Virus record (IMG/VR): IMGVR_UViG_3300042391_000634
Span: 248,001-312,000 of that record
DNA length: 64,000 nt
Direction: 5' to 3' (one strand)
Under the pieces are notes generated by a model. The model made no database searches. It saw only the letters and a program-made list of their open reading frames with translations, and had not been told where the DNA came from. Shown one piece after another: positions 39,758 through 48,978 of the stretch; position 1 is the stretch's first letter; the number at the start of each line of letters is the position of its first letter. The position numbers and the translations under genes are program-made.

Positions 39758-40557
39758 AACCATTAAAATATTGGAAAAATGACACATTTGAAATATCATC
39801 ATATCAATATAAATTGGAAGATAGGGTAAATAAAAAATATCCCACATCTGGTTCGGATAATAGTGGTAAATGTCTTTATACTTACAATGAACTTGGTTTT
39901 AGAGGTGATAGTATTAAGAAACAAGGGTTTAAAGTAATGTCATTAGGTTGTTCAGTTACCGAAGGTGTTGGTGTAAATGACAATCAAACGTGGTCATCAC
40001 AATTTGTAAATTTATTAACTAATGGGGTTGATATGAATTTTGGTACAGGAGGTAGAAGTAATGACTTTATTTCGAGATGCTTATTATCATATTATGATAT
40101 CATAAAACCAGATTTAGTTTTAGTTATGTATACTTCACCAACTAGAAGAGAATATTATACCGAAAATAATGGAGTTGAACCATTTGTGGTTGGTAGTAAA
40201 TGGGGTTGGTATGAACACCAAGAAGATGGTAGAAAGGCACATAAAATGTTATTTGAATTACAAAATGATAATGAAGATTTTATCAATTGGTATAAAAATC
40301 ATTTATTAATTAAATATTTTTTAGAGTCTAAAGGTTGTAATTGGTTATGGAATGGTTGGTTTGACATACCAAAAGAATATGAAGAATTTAATAGATTTGA
40401 TGGTGGTTATGAAAGATTTTTAGATTTAGGTGTAGATAATGGGCATCCAGGTCCAAACCACAATAAAACCTATGCACACAAACTACATGATTTTATAACA
40501 AAAAATTTCCCAAACTACATAAATAATTTACCGAAAAATAAGCAAAATTTGATTTGA
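39754..40557 (+). CDS. SGNH-like protein
   Basis: 'YNELGFRG','LGCSVTEGVG','G.GGRSND.I','D.GHPGP'. Confidence 0.6.
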   Translation: MKPLKYWKNDTFEISSYQYKLEDRVNKKYPTSGSDNSGKCLYTYNELGFRGDSIKKQGFKVMSLGCSVTEGVGVNDNQTWSSQFVNLLTNGVDMNFGTGGRSNDFISRCLLSYYDIIKPDLVLVMYTSPTRREYYTENNGVEPFVVGSKWGWYEHQEDGRKAHKMLFELQNDNEDFINWYKNHLLIKYFLESKGCNWLWNGWFDIPKEYEEFNRFDGGYERFLDLGVDNGHPGPNHNKTYAHKLHDFITKNFPNYINNLPKNKQNLI

Positions 40558-40583
40558 TTTTCAATTTATTTTCATTATATTAT
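40553..40583 (+). promoter_or_regulatory. Putative promoter TTTG-N19-TATATTAT
   Basis: TTTG 40553-56, TATATTAT 40576-83, ATG 40588. Confidence 0.5.
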
Positions 40584-40587
40584 ACCA

Positions 40588-43323
40588 ATGAAAATACTTG
40601 CACACACATGTTTTATTGGAGTCACAGGATATGCTAATCACGCAAAGTCCTTTTTTTGTGCTCTGAACAAACACCACACCGTAAAAGTTAGAAATTCAAC
40701 CATAGGTGGTGGTTGGAAGGGAATGAATAACACCCCGCATGATAATGAACCTTACATCACAGATGAGATGAAGGATATGTTAATTCTTCAAACTCTTAAT
40801 AATTCGGACGGTAGTAGGTCGGATTACCCAATCTACGGATATAGCGGTGATTATAATACAGACGTTAATATTGTTTTGGTAGATACAAACAACCATTATT
40901 TCTATGACAATTATGTGGGGTATAATATTGCATATAACGTTTGGGAATCAACACGTTATCCCGATAATTTCTTTAAAAGATTACATTACTTTGACGAGGT
41001 ATGGGTACCAACACAATGGCAATTTGATTGTTTGGTTGAACAGGGTTATCCATCACATAAAATATCGATAGTCCCTGAGGGAGTTGATGTGGATACATTT
41101 AAACCGTTAACTAAGACACCAAAGAAGGACAAATTTAGGTTTTTACACTTTGGTAGATGGGATTATAGAAAAGGAACAACAGAGGTTTTAAGAGCGTTTA
41201 GTGAGACATTTAAAGATAGGGACGATGTGGAGTTAATTGCATCAGTTGAAAACCCTTATCCATTTGACGGACTTAAAACAACTGAAGATAGGGTTAAACA
41301 TCACAATATAGACACAACGAACATTAAATTTATAAAATTCACACCACAGGAAGAATATGTAAAATATTTGCAAGAGGGTGATGTGTTTGTTTCATGTGCT
41401 AGAAGTGAAGGTTGGAACTTACCTTTAATTGAGGCAATGGCATGTGGAACACCTTCAATTTATTCCGATTGGGGGGGACAATTACAATTTGCAGAAGGTA
41501 AAGGTGTACCAGTTGGAATTAAAGGATTGAGACCTGCAAATATTGAGCATAAAGAATGGCCAGGTGAATATTGTGAACCAGATTGGGATGATTTGAAGTG
41601 GAAGATGAGACAGGCGTACGATTATAACACGGCAATGTGGGTAAAGGCCGTTAGTGACGCAAAAGATATTCATGAAAAATTTAATTGGGATACGGTTGCA
41701 AAGGGAGCATGTGATATATTGGAAAGAAATAAAAAACCATTTGCGTTTGTAACTACCGGTAACTTAGGATACATGCCGGTGATTGAAAAGTTAGTTCAAT
41801 CATTATTAGAATTTTCTAAACGTAAGATTATAGTATATGGTATTGATTGTGAGGTTCCATTTGATTATCCAAATATTATTAAAAGAACGATAACAACACA
41901 AAAGATATCTGAACATGATAAATGGTATTGGAAACAAATGGCATGTATTGAATCCGTTAATGAAGGGTTTGATAACTATGTTTGGATGGATGGTGATGTT
42001 GTCGTTAATTACAACGTAGATAATATCAAATCTTATTTCAAAGAGATTGAAAACTATCCAATATCCGATATACATGTTCAAGAAGAATTCTTTGGTTGGT
42101 ATGATGATGGAACTAAATCACAATTATTTAATGAACGAGTTGCTGAAGATTGGGGAGTTCAAAAACAACAACCATATATGCATGTATGTATGTATGTTTA
42201 TAATAAAGAATGTAAATGGTGGTTTGAAGAGATCCTTAATCATTATGTGGAAGTAATGAAAGATGGTGGTAAAGACTACAAACGTTTATACCTATGGAAT
42301 GATGAAGGTATTGATAATGCAATGAGATGGAAATACAACTTTAAAAAACATTTACCACTATCTAATTTTGACACATCATCTTATGATGGTGATGACGGAA
42401 TGACAAATGAGACACAACATCATTTCTTAAAGTTTTGGAATGAAGAAGGACCACAAAATTTCAATAGAATATTTGGATATCAAGCAATACCAAAAGATAA
42501 GAATCAAATTCTTTATTTCCACGGTAATAAGAATGCACAGATGTCCGATTTTATGATGGACTTTATTAAGATGAAACGTGATAATAGTTTTTACAAATCA
42601 GAACAATTTTATACATCGTTAGATGTTAACACATATAAGTTAGAGAACTTAGGTGACATCAAAGATGTACCGGGAGGTACTATGGAAATTGCAGATAAGT
42701 ATGGATGGGCAAGAGCAATCTACCATGAAATTTTTAATTTACATGATTACTATAAAGGTGGTAATGAAAGAAGAATAAATGAAGGTGATATTGTGGTGGA
42801 CTTAGGTGGTAACATGGGTATCTTCAATAGGTGGGCATATCATCAAGGTGCGAGTAAAGTAATCTCATTTGAACCAGATAGACGATATTTTAAATTACTG
42901 TCACTTAACGCTGACCCACGTTCAGTATTATTCAACGCAGCCGCGGCACATGAAATTGGAGAATTGAATTTATATGAGAGTAGTCACTTAGGTGGGTCAA
43001 ATGTTTTTGGTGTTGAAGGTCAAGAAGGATATAGTGTTAAAACATATACTTTAAACTATCTTTTTGAAAGTGGTTTAATTGACCATATCGATTTTCTTAA
43101 GGTTGATATTGAAGGAGCAGAACATGCTGCATTTGCTGGTATCAGTGATGAGAACTTACAAAAAGTTAAAACCATCGCAATGGAATATCATCATAGTCAT
43201 TTTGAATACGATGAAGAATTAAGAACAAATTTTATAAATAAAATGAATGGATTAGGGTTCAATTCATATCTATTATTTATGGGTAATAATAACAGTTTAC
43301 AAATGATATATTTTTGGAAATGA
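40588..43323 (+). CDS. Fusion: GT4 glycosyltransferase + GT-A-like domain + FkbM methyltransferase
   Basis: 'GRWDYRKG','SEGWNLPLIEAMACG'; 'WMDGD','NDE','FHG.K'; 'VVDLGGNMG','FEP','LKVDIEGAE'. Confidence 0.85.
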   Translation: MKILAHTCFIGVTGYANHAKSFFCALNKHHTVKVRNSTIGGGWKGMNNTPHDNEPYITDEMKDMLILQTLNNSDGSRSDYPIYGYSGDYNTDVNIVLVDTNNHYFYDNYVGYNIAYNVWESTRYPDNFFKRLHYFDEVWVPTQWQFDCLVEQGYPSHKISIVPEGVDVDTFKPLTKTPKKDKFRFLHFGRWDYRKGTTEVLRAFSETFKDRDDVELIASVENPYPFDGLKTTEDRVKHHNIDTTNIKFIKFTPQEEYVKYLQEGDVFVSCARSEGWNLPLIEAMACGTPSIYSDWGGQLQFAEGKGVPVGIKGLRPANIEHKEWPGEYCEPDWDDLKWKMRQAYDYNTAMWVKAVSDAKDIHEKFNWDTVAKGACDILERNKKPFAFVTTGNLGYMPVIEKLVQSLLEFSKRKIIVYGIDCEVPFDYPNIIKRTITTQKISEHDKWYWKQMACIESVNEGFDNYVWMDGDVVVNYNVDNIKSYFKEIENYPISDIHVQEEFFGWYDDGTKSQLFNERVAEDWGVQKQQPYMHVCMYVYNKECKWWFEEILNHYVEVMKDGGKDYKRLYLWNDEGIDNAMRWKYNFKKHLPLSNFDTSSYDGDDGMTNETQHHFLKFWNEEGPQNFNRIFGYQAIPKDKNQILYFHGNKNAQMSDFMMDFIKMKRDNSFYKSEQFYTSLDVNTYKLENLGDIKDVPGGTMEIADKYGWARAIYHEIFNLHDYYKGGNERRINEGDIVVDLGGNMGIFNRWAYHQGASKVISFEPDRRYFKLLSLNADPRSVLFNAAAAHEIGELNLYESSHLGGSNVFGVEGQEGYSVKTYTLNYLFESGLIDHIDFLKVDIEGAEHAAFAGISDENLQKVKTIAMEYHHSHFEYDEELRTNFINKMNGLGFNSYLLFMGNNNSLQMIYFWK

Positions 43324-43982
43324 GTACATTAGATAATTTGGCAAAAGTGTATGGAACTGATAAGTCTTCCGACAATCACAATTATTGTGTTAAATATGAA
43401 AAGTATTTACCATTTAACAGATATGATAAATTAAACATATTGGAGATTGGTGTCTTAGATGGTAAGTCACTATTAACTTGGAAGGATTATTATTATCGTT
43501 CTAATATTTTAGGTATTGATATTAATGCTGATTGTAAAAAATACGAAGAGGAAAGAATTTCAGTTGAGATTGGATCACAAGCTGATAATGTTTTCTTGCT
43601 TGATATAATGAGAGAGTATGGACCATTTGATATAATATTAGATGATGGGTCACATATGAATGAACATGTTATTTATTCTTTTGAACATCTGTTTGAATCT
43701 ATTAAACCTGGTGGGGTTTATATAGTTGAAGATGTTGCAACATCCTATTTCCCTTGGTACGGTGGGGGTTTAAATGACCCTAAGAGTATGATGGAATACT
43801 TCAAGAAATTAACGGATGATATTAACTTTAGAGGTGTTGAGAACTTAGATGACCAAGCCGCAGTATGGGATCGACGAGAAGATAAACTAATACCGTATTC
43901 AAATAAAGTACAACCTGATTGTAGAACTGACATAGAGTCAATAACCTTCCTTAATGGAATAATTTTAATAAGAAAAAGATAA
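43320..43982 (+). CDS. Sugar O-methyltransferase-like (MycE-type) SAM methyltransferase
   Basis: 'YGTDK..H.Y..YE','LEIGV','FDIILDDGSH','GGVYIVED'. Confidence 0.8.
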   Translation: MSTLDNLAKVYGTDKSSDNHNYCVKYEKYLPFNRYDKLNILEIGVLDGKSLLTWKDYYYRSNILGIDINADCKKYEEERISVEIGSQADNVFLLDIMREYGPFDIILDDGSHMNEHVIYSFEHLFESIKPGGVYIVEDVATSYFPWYGGGLNDPKSMMEYFKKLTDDINFRGVENLDDQAAVWDRREDKLIPYSNKVQPDCRTDIESITFLNGIILIRKR

Positions 43983-46105
43983 TGGGATACACACAATTTA
44001 ATGATGATGTTTTTGTAGTTGACTGCTGGCCGGATAATAAAGATAAAGAAAATGTTTTAAAAAAATTACTTACAAGTTTAAAGGTATATAATTGTCCCAT
44101 TATATTATGTGGACATTACCCTGTTTCACCTGAGATACAAGTATTGGCTGATTATTATCTATATGATGGTAATAATGATATATTATTAGAAAAGGATTTT
44201 GCTGAGTATGGTATTAATAGTGATAGATGGACAGATATGGGAACATATAAGTTAACCAATAAAATTGATTTTCATCATGACTATGCAATTTGGTTAACAA
44301 TGAAAAACGCTTTCAATCTTGTTAAACAATTAGGTAAACAATATATTCATTTTTTAGAGTATGATAATTTACCGGACGAAACACAATATCGACAAGCATT
44401 TATGGAATATATTAGAAGTAACGATGCGGTGGTTTATGAGTATTCAGAAGGTTCAACAAAAGAAAGTAATCCATATAGTTCGGCTTATATCTTTTCAATT
44501 AAGACAGATGTTGCGTTAAAGATGATTGGTCTTATTAATAGTAAAAAAGAATACTTTAAGGGTAAACCTGATAGATGGCAATTAGAAAAACAATTATATC
44601 AATCAATTAAAAAGGTTACCAATAGCATATTCGTTAGTAAGTATATTCCGAACGATAATGAACTTAACATTTTTGCGGTATGGAATAGAAATGGTATATT
44701 AAAAAACGGCGTTCGTTTACAAACATATTTGGGTGTAGACGACTCTGGTCAATTGTTTATTCATTTTATATCGGGGTTTTCAGAACAACCAGCAAATAAA
44801 GATTATTTAATTGAAGTTAACTATGGAACATATAAAAAATTCCATACGGTTAAAAAGGGAGAATACAAATTAGAAAGACTTGGTGAATATAAACAAAATG
44901 AGGTAGTTGAAGTACGTCATCAAGGATTGGAAATATTCACACAGGAACTTAAACACGAAATGAATGAGTTTAGAAGAAATAATAAATTATCAAGAAATAA
45001 CGTTAACACAAATAGAAAAACAAACATTTATTTTGTAGATGGTCCATTTGTTGAAATTGTTGAAGATGGTGATTATCTATATAATGTTCAATTTATAAAT
45101 AATAAAAATAATAAAATTGAATATGAATTAAACCTAAAGAGTAATAATTGGGCTAGATCGGCTAAAAAATACTACGTAGATTGGTTAATTAAAATTAAAG
45201 GTGTTGATAATGACTATTATCATGAACATCATATGAATTTAGAAAATAATAGGGTTATGATTTGTTTTGAATCAAAATCTTTAGGTGATAGTTTAGCTTG
45301 GATACCATATGTTGAGAAATTCAGGGTTAAAAATAAATGTAAAGTAATATGTTCTACATTTAATAATGATTTATTTAAGAATCAATACCCCGAAATTGAA
45401 TTTGTTTTACCCGGTAGTAATGTTAATAATATTAATGCACTTTATCGTTTAGGTTTATTTTATGATGATAAAAGACAAATAGATTATACCAAACATCAAA
45501 CAGATCCAAAGAAAGAACCTTTATTAAAAGTGGGGTCCGATATCTTGGGGTTAGATTATGAGGAAATTAAACCTAAATTGGCTAAATTAGGGAAGAAGAA
45601 AAAGAAAATGGTATCAATTGCGATTCATTCAACCGCTCAATGTAAATATTGGAATAACCCAACGGGTTGGCAGGATGTCGTAGATTACCTTAAAGCTAAG
45701 AATTATGAAGTCAGACTCCTATCAAGAGAAGAAGATGGATATATGGGTAACAAAAATCCAAAGGGTGTAACGATACAACCCACTAGTAAATTAACAGATA
45801 TCATAAAAGTGTTACAAGAATCTGAATTATTTATAGGTATAAGTAGTGGATTAAGTTGGTTATCATGGGCTTCAGATACACCTACAGTTATAATTTCAGG
45901 ATTTACTGATGTTGATTTAGAACCTACCGATGGTGTAACAAGAATAATCAATAAAAATGTATGTAATAGTTGTTGGTCTGACCATGAATTTAATCCAGGT
46001 AATTGGAATTGGTGTCCTGTTCATGAGAATACAGAAAGACAATTTGAATGTTCAAAAACTATTACAAGTGATGATGTTATATTAAGAATTGAAAAACTTT
46101 TATAA
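43982..46105 (+). CDS. GT-A-like N-terminal domain + TibC/Aah-like protein glycosyltransferase
   Basis: N-half 'HFLEYD'; C-half paralogous to 38337 ('LGDSLAW','KYWNNPTGW','SSGLSW','CNSCW..WCP..FEC'). Confidence 0.75.
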   Translation: MGYTQFNDDVFVVDCWPDNKDKENVLKKLLTSLKVYNCPIILCGHYPVSPEIQVLADYYLYDGNNDILLEKDFAEYGINSDRWTDMGTYKLTNKIDFHHDYAIWLTMKNAFNLVKQLGKQYIHFLEYDNLPDETQYRQAFMEYIRSNDAVVYEYSEGSTKESNPYSSAYIFSIKTDVALKMIGLINSKKEYFKGKPDRWQLEKQLYQSIKKVTNSIFVSKYIPNDNELNIFAVWNRNGILKNGVRLQTYLGVDDSGQLFIHFISGFSEQPANKDYLIEVNYGTYKKFHTVKKGEYKLERLGEYKQNEVVEVRHQGLEIFTQELKHEMNEFRRNNKLSRNNVNTNRKTNIYFVDGPFVEIVEDGDYLYNVQFINNKNNKIEYELNLKSNNWARSAKKYYVDWLIKIKGVDNDYYHEHHMNLENNRVMICFESKSLGDSLAWIPYVEKFRVKNKCKVICSTFNNDLFKNQYPEIEFVLPGSNVNNINALYRLGLFYDDKRQIDYTKHQTDPKKEPLLKVGSDILGLDYEEIKPKLAKLGKKKKKMVSIAIHSTAQCKYWNNPTGWQDVVDYLKAKNYEVRLLSREEDGYMGNKNPKGVTIQPTSKLTDIIKVLQESELFIGISSGLSWLSWASDTPTVIISGFTDVDLEPTDGVTRIINKNVCNSCWSDHEFNPGNWNWCPVHENTERQFECSKTITSDDVILRIEKLL

Positions 46106-46139
46106 TTTGGTGATTTTTTTCATTTAATTTAAAATTATC

Positions 46140-46150
46140 AAGTATTTATA
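46140..46150 (+). promoter_or_regulatory. Putative late-promoter motif AAGTATTTATA
   Basis: 19 nt upstream of tail fibre ATG. Confidence 0.5.
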
Positions 46151-46169
46151 TGGGTAACAATTAAACCAT

Positions 46170-48197
46170 ATGAAAATATTTGACGCAAACATCTCTGGAT
46201 CACTAAACGTATCGGGCTCAGCCCATTTCTTTAATGATCTTACAGTAGACGGAACACTAAACGCCACCATCAGTGGAACATCCACAAACGCACTATCCTT
46301 AAACACAACGGGTTCCGCTCGTTTTGCTACAACAGGTAGTAACGTATTTAAAGCCGACCAAACAATTAGCGGTTCACTTTATGTGACTACCGATATAATA
46401 TTAAATGGACAATCATATACTGGACAAACTTCTGGTACATCAGGAACTAGTGGATCTAACGGTTCTTCAGGAACCTCAGGATCTAGTGGATCTAACGGTT
46501 CTTCAGGAACCTCAGGATCTAGTGGTTCAGATGGTTCTTCAGGAACTTCAGGAACATCAGGTTCTTCAGGATCTAACGGATCTAGTGGAACATCAGGTTC
46601 TTCAGGATCTAACGGATCTAGTGGAACATCAGGATCTAGTGGTTCTAACGGTTCTTCAGGAACATCAGGTTCTTCAGGATCTAACGGATCTAGTGGAACA
46701 TCAGGATCTAGTGGTTCTTCAGGAACATCAGGAACTAGTGGTTCTTCAGGAACTGCGGGTACATCAGGTTCTTCAGGTACCGTTACCTTATCAGGAACAC
46801 AAGACAATGGTTTATTAACACTTAATGGATCTTCTCCAAATGTGTCTGTAGAATCTAATTTAACATATGACGGATCTTTATTTAAGGTTAATTCAAACAC
46901 AACAATTACAGGTTCATTGACCATTACCGCAAACTTAAACGTTTTAGGTTCTTCATCAATCACATATACTACTGCATCTCAATTAAGAGTAAATGATAAT
47001 GTTATAACGGTTAATACCGCATCGCCAGGTGTAAGATTTGGTGGTTTATCTGTAATGGATAGTGGATCAAATAGTAGTACGGGATCTATATTTTGGGATT
47101 CATTAAATAACAGATGGGTATATCAACAAGAATCAGGATCATCTTACACAGGTGGTATCATAATGTCTGGTCCAAGAAACAATGGGGCTTTAGGAAGTGA
47201 AACTACTTTAACAAACAATAAAGTTGCAAAATCTACGGGTGGAGATCATCTTGGTGATAGTAATATCAGTGACGACGGAACGACGGTTACAATTAGTACA
47301 AATACAGAAATTACAGGTTCATTAAAGGTAACAAATGGTATCACAGGTACTTTAACAGGTAATATCACAGGTAATGCGGCAACGGTAACAACAAATGCTA
47401 ACTTAACAGGTAATGTAACCTCAGTTGGTAATTCAACGACAATAGCTGCGGGAGTTGTAACCGATTCAATGTTAGCTGGTTCTATATCAAACGCTAAATT
47501 AACTAACTCATCTGTAACGGTTTCGGCAGGAACAGGTATGAGTGGTGGTGGTGCGGTATCATTAGGTGGTACAGTGACATTAACAAACGCGGGTGTAACC
47601 TCAATCACAACAAATACAGGATTAAGTTCAAACGTAGGTGCAACAGGTGCGGTTACGATTACAAATACAATAACCAATAACAACCAATTAACAAATGGTG
47701 CGGGATATCTTTCAACCGCCGTAACCTCAGCAGTGGCTGGTACGGGTGTTGGGGTAAGTGCAGCAACAGGAGCCGTAACATTCTCAATCGGTCAAGCGGT
47801 AGCAACATCATCAAACGTTCAATTTAACTCATTGGGTGTAGGAACTGCGGGACCAGTAACAGCAGGTTTAATCAGAGCAACAAATGATGTTATTGCGTTC
47901 TACGGTTCTGATGAAAGACTAAAAGAAAACATCACACCAATTGAAAATTCCTTAGATATCTTAAAACAAATAAATGGTTATTACTTCGATTGGAAGGAAA
48001 TGCCAGGTATTCATGAGAACGAAGGTCATGATATAGGGGTTGTAGCACAAGAAATTGGTGCTGTTTTACCTGAAATCGTAACAACAAGAGAGAATGGTTA
48101 TATGGCCGTTAAATACGAAAAATTAGTTGCATTGTTAATTCAAACAAACAAAGAATTATTAAATCGTGTTGAGGCTTTAGAAGCTAAAATAAAATAA
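46170..48197 (+). CDS. Tail fibre protein with Gly-X-Y Ser/Thr repeat and C-terminal intramolecular chaperone (Peptidase S74)
   Basis: 'SDERLKENI','GVVAQE...PE.V','V.YEKLVALLI...KEL' coiled coil; Thr/Gly/Ser-rich shaft. Confidence 0.85.
   Translation: MKIFDANISGSLNVSGSAHFFNDLTVDGTLNATISGTSTNALSLNTTGSARFATTGSNVFKADQTISGSLYVTTDIILNGQSYTGQTSGTSGTSGSNGSSGTSGSSGSNGSSGTSGSSGSDGSSGTSGTSGSSGSNGSSGTSGSSGSNGSSGTSGSSGSNGSSGTSGSSGSNGSSGTSGSSGSSGTSGTSGSSGTAGTSGSSGTVTLSGTQDNGLLTLNGSSPNVSVESNLTYDGSLFKVNSNTTITGSLTITANLNVLGSSSITYTTASQLRVNDNVITVNTASPGVRFGGLSVMDSGSNSSTGSIFWDSLNNRWVYQQESGSSYTGGIIMSGPRNNGALGSETTLTNNKVAKSTGGDHLGDSNISDDGTTVTISTNTEITGSLKVTNGITGTLTGNITGNAATVTTNANLTGNVTSVGNSTTIAAGVVTDSMLAGSISNAKLTNSSVTVSAGTGMSGGGAVSLGGTVTLTNAGVTSITTNTGLSSNVGATGAVTITNTITNNNQLTNGAGYLSTAVTSAVAGTGVGVSAATGAVTFSIGQAVATSSNVQFNSLGVGTAGPVTAGLIRATNDVIAFYGSDERLKENITPIENSLDILKQINGYYFDWKEMPGIHENEGHDIGVVAQEIGAVLPEIVTTRENGYMAVKYEKLVALLIQTNKELLNRVEALEAKIK
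46434..46784 (+). repeat. Coding tandem repeat: 39 Gly-X-Y triplets (GSS/GTS/GSN) with a 36-nt higher-order unit
   Basis: Repeated GGTTCTTCA/GGAACATCA/GGATCTAGT/GGATCTAAC; unit GSNGSSGTSGSS. Confidence 0.95.
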
Positions 48198-48209
48198 TTA
48201 TATTAAATG

Positions 48210-48249
48210 ATACTCACCACGTCCTAAAAAAATGTGGTGAGTATTTATA
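48210..48249 (+). terminator. Hairpin after tail fibre, overlapping a TATTTATA motif
   Basis: ATACTCACCAC (48210-20) pairs with GTGGTGAGTAT (48234-44); TATTTATA at 48242-49. Confidence 0.6.
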
Positions 48250-48278
48250 ACAAAGAACTTAGTTAAAAGAAATATATC

Positions 48279-48497
48279 ATGGGTACAGTACCAGCAACGG
48301 GAACCGAAGTAAGTATGGGAAGAATTAGTGTAGTTTTAGGACTGGCAGCAACACCAGGTCAAGTACAAGTAGGTTTGAACTCAACTTTAGGTGTTGGTCG
48401 TAATAGGTCATATTCAGGAATTGCTAGTATCCCAAGTGGATCTGAAAGTGCTGAAGGAGCATCTTTCGGTGGTTTATCAGGTTCAGGTACATATTAA
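48279..48497 (+). CDS. Small Gly/Ser-rich protein, probable tail-fibre-associated
   Basis: 'P.TG.EVSM..I' N-terminus typical of small genes following S74 fibres; late motif upstream. Confidence 0.55.
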   Translation: MGTVPATGTEVSMGRISVVLGLAATPGQVQVGLNSTLGVGRNRSYSGIASIPSGSESAEGASFGGLSGSGTY

Positions 48498-48534
48498 TTT
48501 TACATTTTCACCTTTTTTTATTATATTATAATGT

Positions 48535-48978
48535 ATGGATTTACGTTATAAGTGTCACCCCTCAAAATACGAATTACAATACGTTAAATGGAACGGAATT
48601 AACTTTGATAGAGAAAGACTCATCAAGTTTGTTAAACGTCTCAAATTGACGTATTTTTTGTGTTTTATACCCTATTACAGAAGGGAACATCAAATACTTA
48701 AGGAGATATTAAACACTTACGATATAGTTCGTATTCAAGGACTATTAGATGGGGATGAGAACATATTAAGAATGTGTTTTATTGAGAAATGGGCAAGGAT
48801 TGGTGCTGTAGATATCTTACTAACAAATACATATTCAAGATTAACATATACGACGATTAGTAATCTTCCAATTAAAGACTTTCAACTTATATCTAAAAGG
48901 GTTGAAGAAATGGTTGAAGCGGGTAGAAACATAACATATCAAAATAATACCATAACAGACAACATACCAGGATTATGA
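48535..48978 (+). CDS. Hypothetical protein
   Basis: 147 aa ORF coupled to downstream GT. Confidence 0.5.
   Translation: MDLRYKCHPSKYELQYVKWNGINFDRERLIKFVKRLKLTYFLCFIPYYRREHQILKEILNTYDIVRIQGLLDGDENILRMCFIEKWARIGAVDILLTNTYSRLTYTTISNLPIKDFQLISKRVEEMVEAGRNITYQNNTITDNIPGL

Noticed and set aside
38337-46105. Similar sequence in 38337 and 43982 as DGR template/variable repeats or a misassembly
   Set aside because: Differences are spread over all bases and look like ordinary paralog divergence; no reverse transcriptase in the window.
46434-46784. 36-nt periodic repeat as a possible CRISPR array
   Set aside because: No unique spacers, strict codon periodicity inside a CDS, no cas genes.
46379-47683. 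Alternative-frame ORFs 46379-46963(-), 46405-46818(+) and 47246-47683(-)
   Set aside because: Shadows of the stop-poor Gly/Ser/Thr repeat and codon bias of the tail fibre gene.
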